Source: an uncultured Prevotella sp. (GTDB lineage Bacteria > Bacteroidota > Bacteroidia > Bacteroidales > Bacteroidaceae). Taken from it: 44,177 bases of DNA. Of the stretch, positions 37,903 to 44,177 are shown one piece after another (the first letter of the stretch is position 1; the number at the start of each line of letters is the position of its first letter). The stretch lies in NCBI GenBank assembly GCA_900314365.1, contig OMVH01000193.1:1-44177 (forward strand), given 5' to 3'. The position numbers were made by a program, and so were the translations under genes. The notes beneath the pieces are model-generated. The model was not told where the DNA came from. It searched no databases and was given only the letters and a program-made list of their open reading frames with translations.

Positions 37903-39597
37903 ATGGTTATGGATAAACATAAGCTTATGCCCGACTACATCTTCGAGTCGAGCTGGGAAGTTTGCAACAAGGTCGGAGGCATCTACACAGTTCTGTCTAC
38001 ACGCGCCGACACATTGCAGAAAAAGATGAAGGACCGCATCATCTTCATCGGTCCTGATTGCTGGAAAGATAACACATGCCCCTATTTTGAGGAAGAGCCC
38101 GGAAGCTTTGCCCCATGGATAGCCGCTGCCCGCGCCAAAGGTCTGAAGGTGAGAGCCGGCCGATGGCTCGTGCCCGGGAAACCGTTGGCACTGCTCGTTG
38201 ACTACAGTCCTCTCTTCGCCCGCAAAAATGAGTTCTACGCGCGCATGTGGGAATGGTACGGTGTGGACAGTCTCCATGCCTACGGCGACTACGACGAGTC
38301 GTCGATGTTCTCGCTTGCTGCCGGTATGACGGTGGAGAGCTTCTACCACTACTATCTCAGCGGAAAAGACAAAGTGGTCTACCAGTGCAACGAGTGGATG
38401 ACCGGCATGGGAATGCTCTACGTCCGTCATGAGGTGCCGCAGATAGCAACTATCTTCACCACCCACGCCACGAGCGTCGGCCGAAGCATCGCCGGCAATG
38501 GCAAGCCCCTCTACCAGTATTTCACCGCCTACAACGGCGACCAGATGGCCGGGGAGCTCAACATGCAAAGCAAGCACTCCATAGAGAAACAGGCTGCCCT
38601 GAACGCCGACTGCTTCACCACCGTCTCTGAAATTACGGCTCGCGAATGCAGTCAGCTTCTCGACAAGCCCGTCGACGTGGTGCTGCCCAACGGTTTCGAC
38701 AATGCCTTTGTGCCAAAGGGTGCCGCCTTCACGCGCAAGCGCACTGCCGCCCGCAAAAAGCTCCTCGCCGTGGCCAACGCCCTCACAGGCTGTCCCATCG
38801 ACGACAACGCCCTCATCGTCTCCACGAGCGGCCGCTATGAGTTCCGCAACAAGGGCATTGATGTCTTTATCGATGCTATGGTGAGACTCAGCCGCGACAC
38901 CTCGCTCAACCGTCAGGTCGTAGCCTTTATCGAAGTGCCCGCCTGGGTGAAAGAACCACGCCAGGACCTGAAGCAAAGGCTTGCTGCCGGGAAACCGGCT
39001 ACGGAACCGCTCGCTAATCCTGTGGTCACCCACTGGCTCCATGAGCCCGGCAACGACCGAGTGCTCACGATGCTGGCCTCGCTAGGCTTCAGAAACGAAG
39101 ACAGCAGCCGCGTGAAGATAATCTTCATACCCTGCTATCTCACGGGCAACGATGGTATTGTCAACATCAGCTACTACGACGTGATGACGGGCAACGACCT
39201 CTGCATCTACCCCTCCTACTACGAGCCGTGGGGCTACACACCACTCGAGGCCGTGGCCTTCGGCGTACCGTGCATCACCACCAACCTGGCCGGATTCGGC
39301 CTTTGGACACGTGGCGAAGAAGGCGAGGGCAAATCGCTCGAAAGCGGTGCACTCGTGGTGGACCGCACCGACACAAACTACAACGAGGTGGCCGACACGG
39401 TGGAGAAAGCCGTGTGCAGCTATGCCGCAGCATCGGCCGAGAAAGTGAAACTGAGCCGCCGAAACGCTGCCAAACTCTCGCGGCAGGCCCTCTGGAGCAA
39501 GTTCATCACGAACTACTACCAGGCCTACGACTTCGCACTGAAGAAGGCAGCCCTGCGCTCCACCTCTTTAATTAAGGAACAAACATTATTTAATTAA
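37903..39597 (+). CDS. Glycogen synthase-like glycosyltransferase (GT3)
   Basis: GT3 hallmarks [43 protein letters not shown] and [12 protein letters not shown]. Confidence 0.93.
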   Translation: MVMDKHKLMPDYIFESSWEVCNKVGGIYTVLSTRADTLQKKMKDRIIFIGPDCWKDNTCPYFEEEPGSFAPWIAAARAKGLKVRAGRWLVPGKPLALLVDYSPLFARKNEFYARMWEWYGVDSLHAYGDYDESSMFSLAAGMTVESFYHYYLSGKDKVVYQCNEWMTGMGMLYVRHEVPQIATIFTTHATSVGRSIAGNGKPLYQYFTAYNGDQMAGELNMQSKHSIEKQAALNADCFTTVSEITARECSQLLDKPVDVVLPNGFDNAFVPKGAAFTRKRTAARKKLLAVANALTGCPIDDNALIVSTSGRYEFRNKGIDVFIDAMVRLSRDTSLNRQVVAFIEVPAWVKEPRQDLKQRLAAGKPATEPLANPVVTHWLHEPGNDRVLTMLASLGFRNEDSSRVKIIFIPCYLTGNDGIVNISYYDVMTGNDLCIYPSYYEPWGYTPLEAVAFGVPCITTNLAGFGLWTRGEEGEGKSLESGALVVDRTDTNYNEVADTVEKAVCSYAAASAEKVKLSRRNAAKLSRQALWSKFITNYYQAYDFALKKAALRSTSLIKEQTLFN

Positions 39598-39608
39598 ATA
39601 GACAACGT

Positions 39609-42170
39609 ATGAAAATCAGAGCAGATTATGCCAATGACCCGCAATGGAACCACGTGACCATTAAGTCGCGCCTGCCGGAGCAACTGGAATGTCTCAATGA
39701 ACTTGCTCACAACATGTGGTGGGCTTGGAACTACGAAGCACGCAACCTCTTTAAGAGTCTCGACGACAAGCTCTACGAAGAGGTGGGCCACAACCCTGTA
39801 CAACTGCTTGAACGCCTTAGCTACGACCGTAAGGAGACCATTGTCAAGGACAAGGCCATGATGAAAAAGGTGAACGAAGTCTGTGCCAGCTTCCATAAGT
39901 ACATGTCGGTAAAGCCCGACACGAAGCGTCCTTCCGTGGCCTACTTCAGCATGGAATACGGTCTGAATCAGGTACTCAAAATCTACTCCGGTGGACTGGG
40001 CATGCTCGCCGGCGACTATCTCAAAGAGGCTTCCGACAGCAATGTGGACCTCTGTGGCGTGGGATTCCTCTATCGCTACGGTTACTTCACTCAGACCCTG
40101 TCCATGGACGGCCAGCAGATAGCCAAGTACGAAGCCCAGAACTTCAATTCACTCCCCATCGAAAAGGTGGTCGACAAGGACGGCAATCAAATGGTGGTCG
40201 ACGTACCCTACCGCAACTATCAGGTGCACGCTCTTGTGTGGCGTGTCAACGTGGGCCGGGTGAAGCTCTATCTTCTCGATACCGACAACGACATGAACTC
40301 TGAGTTCGACAAGCCCATCACGCACAACCTCTACGGTGGTGACTGGGAGAACCGACTGAAGCAGGAAATCCTCCTCGGCATCGGCGGCATTCTCTTGCTC
40401 AAGAAGCTCGGCATCAAGAAGGACATCTACCACTGCAACGAAGGCCACGCCGCACTCTGCAATCTGCAGCGACTCTGCGACTACGTGGACAGCGGACTGA
40501 ACTTCGACCAGGCTCTCGAACTGGTGCGCGCCTCATCGCTCTACACCGTTCATACTCCTGTGCCGGCCGGTCACGACTACTTCGACGAAAGCCTCTTCGG
40601 CAAGTATATGGGCGACTATCCCCAGCGCCTCGGCATAACCTGGGATGAATTCATCGGTATGGGCCGCACCAACCCCGACGACCACAGCGAGCGCTTCTGC
40701 ATGTCGACCTTCGCCTGCAACACCTGCCAGGAGGTCAACGGTGTGAGTAAGCTCCACGGATGGGTGAGCCAGAAGATGTTTGCTCCGCTTTGGAAGGGAT
40801 ACTTCCCCGAGGAGAGTCACGTGGGCTATGTGACGAATGGTGTCCATCTGCCTACGTGGACAGCCACGGAGTGGCGCAGGGTCTACGACCGCTACTTCGA
40901 TCCCTCTTTCATGAGCGACCAAAGCAATGAGCAGATATGGCACGCCATCTACAATGTGCCCGACGAGGAGATATGGGATACACGTATGGCCCTGAAAGAG
41001 AAACTCATCAAGTATATTCGCGATAAGTTCACCCAGCAGTGGCTGCGCAATCAGGGCGATCCCGCAAAGGTGATGAGCATTCTGGAGCGTATCTCACCGA
41101 ACGCTCTGATGATAGGCTTCTGCCGCCGCTTCGCCACCTACAAGCGCGCACACCTGCTCTTCACCGACCTCGACCGTCTGGAGAAGATAGTCAACAACCC
41201 CGACCGCCCCGTGCTCTTCTTCTTCTCGGGTAAGGCACATCCTGCCGATGGAGCCGGACAGGGACTCATCAAGCGTATCTTCGAAATCAGCCGTATGCCA
41301 CAGTTCCTGGGCAAGATTATCTTCCTCGAGGACTACGACATGCAGCTTGCACGCCGCCTTGTCTCGGGTGTCGACATCTGGATGAATACTCCCACACGTC
41401 CGCTCGAAGCCAGCGGCACATCGGGCGAGAAGGCCGAAATGAACGGTGTGGTCAATCTGTCCGTACTCGACGGATGGTGGGTGGAAGGCTACCGCAAGGG
41501 AGCCGGATGGGCTCTGCCTCAGGAGCGCACCTATCAGAACCAGGCTTATCAGGACCAACTCGACGCTGCTACCATCTACAGTCTGCTTGAGAACGAGATT
41601 ATTCCTCTCTACTACAAGAAAGGCCGCAAGGGCTACAGCGAAGGCTGGATAAGGGTGGTGAAGAACTCCATCGCTACCATTGCACCCCACTACACGATGA
41701 AGCGCCAGCTGGACGACTACTACGACAAGTTCTACAACAAGGAGGCCGCAAGATTTAAGAAGCTCGCTGCCAACGACAACCAACTGGCTAAGGAGATTGC
41801 TCTCTGGAAGGAGACAGTGGCTGAGCGCTGGAACTCCATCAAAGTGGTATCAAAGAACTCCGAGTTCCTTGAAACCGGAGGCGAAACGGGAAAGAAGTAC
41901 ATCATGCGCTACGTCATCGACGAACAGGGACTCGACGACGCCATCGGACTCGAACTGGTATCGCTCAAGAACGAACAGTCGACCGACGACCATCAGCTCT
42001 TCTCCGTGCGTCCGTTCAAGGTGACAGGCCACTCTGGAAATGAATACACCTTTGAAGTGGCCATAGAGCCCGACGAAGCCGGTACCTTCCGTTCTGCGGT
42101 ACGCATGTTCCCCAAGAACGCCAACCTGCCCCATCGTCAGGACTTCTGCTACGTGAAATGGCTTGACTAA
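39609..42170 (+). CDS. glgP: Alpha-glucan phosphorylase
   Basis: Motifs [25 protein letters not shown] and the PLP motif EASGTSGEK. Confidence 0.96.
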   Translation: MKIRADYANDPQWNHVTIKSRLPEQLECLNELAHNMWWAWNYEARNLFKSLDDKLYEEVGHNPVQLLERLSYDRKETIVKDKAMMKKVNEVCASFHKYMSVKPDTKRPSVAYFSMEYGLNQVLKIYSGGLGMLAGDYLKEASDSNVDLCGVGFLYRYGYFTQTLSMDGQQIAKYEAQNFNSLPIEKVVDKDGNQMVVDVPYRNYQVHALVWRVNVGRVKLYLLDTDNDMNSEFDKPITHNLYGGDWENRLKQEILLGIGGILLLKKLGIKKDIYHCNEGHAALCNLQRLCDYVDSGLNFDQALELVRASSLYTVHTPVPAGHDYFDESLFGKYMGDYPQRLGITWDEFIGMGRTNPDDHSERFCMSTFACNTCQEVNGVSKLHGWVSQKMFAPLWKGYFPEESHVGYVTNGVHLPTWTATEWRRVYDRYFDPSFMSDQSNEQIWHAIYNVPDEEIWDTRMALKEKLIKYIRDKFTQQWLRNQGDPAKVMSILERISPNALMIGFCRRFATYKRAHLLFTDLDRLEKIVNNPDRPVLFFFSGKAHPADGAGQGLIKRIFEISRMPQFLGKIIFLEDYDMQLARRLVSGVDIWMNTPTRPLEASGTSGEKAEMNGVVNLSVLDGWWVEGYRKGAGWALPQERTYQNQAYQDQLDAATIYSLLENEIIPLYYKKGRKGYSEGWIRVVKNSIATIAPHYTMKRQLDDYYDKFYNKEAARFKKLAANDNQLAKEIALWKETVAERWNSIKVVSKNSEFLETGGETGKKYIMRYVIDEQGLDDAIGLELVSLKNEQSTDDHQLFSVRPFKVTGHSGNEYTFEVAIEPDEAGTFRSAVRMFPKNANLPHRQDFCYVKWLD

Positions 42171-42179
42171 CTTTAACAT

Positions 42180-42209
42180 AAGGGAGGAGCTGTGTGCCCC
42201 TCCCTTTTT
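42180..42209 (+). terminator. Intrinsic terminator after glgP
   Basis: AAGGGAGGAGC-TGTGT-GCCCCTCCCTTTTT. Confidence 0.75.
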
Positions 42210-42218
42210 CTTGATATT

Positions 42219-43421
42219 ATGAAATCACTTAGAGAACTCTACAGAATAGGAATAGGCCCTTCGAGTTCCCACACGATGGGACCCAATAAGGCCGCAAAAA
42301 TGTTTGCATCCAAATATCCGGGAGCCGCCAGCTTCAGGGTAACGCTCTACGGCTCTCTCGCTGCCACAGGAAAGGGGCATATGACCGACAAGGCCATCGA
42401 AGACGCGTTGCAGCCCGTGGCTTCTGTGAAAATAATCTGGAAGCCTCAGGTGTTTCTGCCCTTCCATCCCAATGGAATGAACTTTGAAGCCCTCGACGGA
42501 CAAGGCAATGTCATGGAGTCGTGGACCGTCTACAGCATCGGCGGCGGTGCTCTCTCCGAAGGGGAAAAGGATAGTGAGCTGCCTCACCAACAAGACATTT
42601 ACCAGCTCAACACCATGAACGAAATCATGAAGTGGTGCGACGACAACGGCTACAGCTACTGGGAGTATGTCGACCAATGCGAGGACGAAGGCTTCTGGGA
42701 CTATATGATGGAAGTATGGCAGGTCATGAAGGCAAGCATTGAAAGAGGCATTGAGCACGAGGGAAGGCTTCCAGGACCGCTCAATCTCTCACGCAAAGCT
42801 CCTACCTACTACGTCAAGGCAACGGGTTACAAGCCGTCACTGCAATCACGCGGGCTCGTCTATGCCTATGCATTGGCTGCCAGCGAAGAGAATGCCTCAG
42901 GAGGAGTCATAGCAACTGCGCCCACCTGCGGAGCGTGCGGTGTCGTGCCGGCAGTGCTCTACCATCTGTCCAAAGGTCACGGATTCTCAGACAAACGCAT
43001 CCTGCACGCTCTCGGCACAGCCGGACTCTTCGGCAACGTGGCCAAACAGAACGCCTCCATCAGCGGTGCCGACGTAGGCTGTCAGGGCGAAGTGGGCGTG
43101 GCCTGCGCCATGGCCTCGGCAGCTGCCTGCCAACTCTTTGGCGGCAGTCCCTCACAGATTGAGTACGCTGCAGAGATGGGACTTGAGCATCACTTGGGCA
43201 TGACATGTGACCCCGTCTGCGGACTCGTACAAATACCCTGCATTGAGCGCAATGCCTTTGCTGCCACAAGGGCTCTGGACGCCAACCTCTACGCATCGTT
43301 CTCCGACGGAAAGCACCGCGTCTCCTATGACCGCGTAGTCAGAGTTATGAAGAAAACGGGACACGACCTGCCATCACTCTACAAAGAGACCAGTGAGGGT
43401 GGACTGGCTGCAACACTCTGA
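42219..43421 (+). CDS. sdaA: L-serine ammonia-lyase (Fe-S, single chain)
   Basis: Motifs IGIGPSSSHTMGP, YGSLAATGKGH, TAPTCGACG, GCQGEVG and CDPVCGLVQIPCIERNA. Start trimmed to MKSLRE. Confidence 0.95.
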   Translation: MKSLRELYRIGIGPSSSHTMGPNKAAKMFASKYPGAASFRVTLYGSLAATGKGHMTDKAIEDALQPVASVKIIWKPQVFLPFHPNGMNFEALDGQGNVMESWTVYSIGGGALSEGEKDSELPHQQDIYQLNTMNEIMKWCDDNGYSYWEYVDQCEDEGFWDYMMEVWQVMKASIERGIEHEGRLPGPLNLSRKAPTYYVKATGYKPSLQSRGLVYAYALAASEENASGGVIATAPTCGACGVVPAVLYHLSKGHGFSDKRILHALGTAGLFGNVAKQNASISGADVGCQGEVGVACAMASAAACQLFGGSPSQIEYAAEMGLEHHLGMTCDPVCGLVQIPCIERNAFAATRALDANLYASFSDGKHRVSYDRVVRVMKKTGHDLPSLYKETSEGGLAATL

Positions 43422-43521
43422 TTTTGCAGCACAGCCCCCTCAGGGGCTTTAGTAAGTCAAAAAAATAACAGAACACAAGATATTTAATACTTTCGTAATA
43501 CACAAATTGAACTTTTTTAAG

Positions 43522-43529
43522 TACTTTTG
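43522..43529 (+). promoter_or_regulatory. -7 promoter element for the TonB-dependent receptor
   Basis: TACTTTTG(CA) 62 nt upstream of ATG 43592. Confidence 0.6.
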
Positions 43530-43591
43530 CACCATCAATCTACAAGGGAGTTTTTTTGTTACATTATATTAATCAAAAATCAATTAACGTT

Positions 43592-44177
43592 ATGCAGAAA
43601 AGGTTTAGCTTGCTTATTGCTATGCTGGTGATGCTTTTCACTTCGGCAATGGCTCAGGTAACCACTTCCTCACTTTCGGGTAAAGTCACAGAGGCTGGCA
43701 CCGGAGAAGAAATTATTGGCGCTACGGTGCAGGCGGTGCATGAGCCTTCAGGCACACGCTACATGACCGTGACGAACAGCGAGGGACGCTTCAACATTCA
43801 GGGTATGCGCCCCGGCGGCCCCTACACAGTGAGCATCAGCTATGTAGGCTTTCAGAAAAAGAACTACACCGACATCAAGCTCGCTTTGGGTGAGGTATTC
43901 AATCTGAAGGCTGAGATTTCGGAGAATGCTAATGAGATCGGCGAAGTCGTCGTGAGCGCACAAGCCTCAAAGTTTGCCAACGAGAAGACCGGTGCCTCCA
44001 CGAACATCTCGCGCCAGCAGATTGCCGAGATGCCTACGGCCAACCGCTCTATCCAGGACATCGCACGTCTCTCACCCTATGCCAACGGTATGGGTATGGC
44101 TGGTGGCGACGGCCGCTCTACAAACTTCACTCTTGACGGTGCCAACCTGAACAACAACTTCGGTCTGAGCAGCTCAC
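43592..44177 (+). CDS. TonB-dependent receptor (carboxypeptidase-regulatory-like N-terminal domain, Oar-like), truncated by the window end
   Basis: Absent from the ORF track because it has no stop. Hand translation: MQKRFSLLIAMLVMLFTSAMAQVTTSSLSGKV...IIGATVQAVHEPSGTRY...GMRPGGPYTV...EVVV...NFTLDGANLNNNFGL. Confidence 0.9.
   Translation, partial: MQKRFSLLIAMLVMLFTSAMAQVTTSSLSGKVTEAGTGEEIIGATVQAVHEPSGTRYMTVTNSEGRFNIQGMRPGGPYTVSISYVGFQKKNYTDIKLALGEVFNLKAEISENANEIGEVVVSAQASKFANEKTGASTNISRQQIAEMPTANRSIQDIARLSPYANGMGMAGGDGRSTNFTLDGANLNNNFGLSSS

Overview
Chromosomal window of a Bacteroidota bacterium, most likely Prevotellaceae, judged from TAnnTTTG promoters, GT3 glycogen synthase, PtpA and the vor-folD-ffh order. 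The genes are mostly core and carbohydrate metabolism. In order: a decayed RND/TolC remnant, a GH78-like rhamnosidase, OmpA, cobU-cobT-cobS-cobC, GH20 and GH84 hexosaminidases, vor 2-oxoacid oxidoreductase, folD, ffh, a GH2 with a glucuronate operon (uxaC, eda, uxuA, uxuB, kdgK), purD, ptpA, rlmL, cysE, GT3-glgP, sdaA and the 5' part of a TonB-dependent receptor. The unexplained signal is non-coding. (i) Two diverged but collinear copies of a ~410-bp intergenic element (about 17893-18301 and 37162-37571) share a palindrome, a 22-bp tandem array, a 25-bp dyad and inverted 10-bp-period motifs. (ii) A third element of unrelated sequence (about 28370-28813) has the same 22-bp-array-then-dyad layout. 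(iii) A REP/REPIN-like family occurs at 41-84 and 18574-18703. No recombinase or transposase gene, tRNA, rRNA or CRISPR array is visible. All calls come from reading the sequence by eye; no searches were run.
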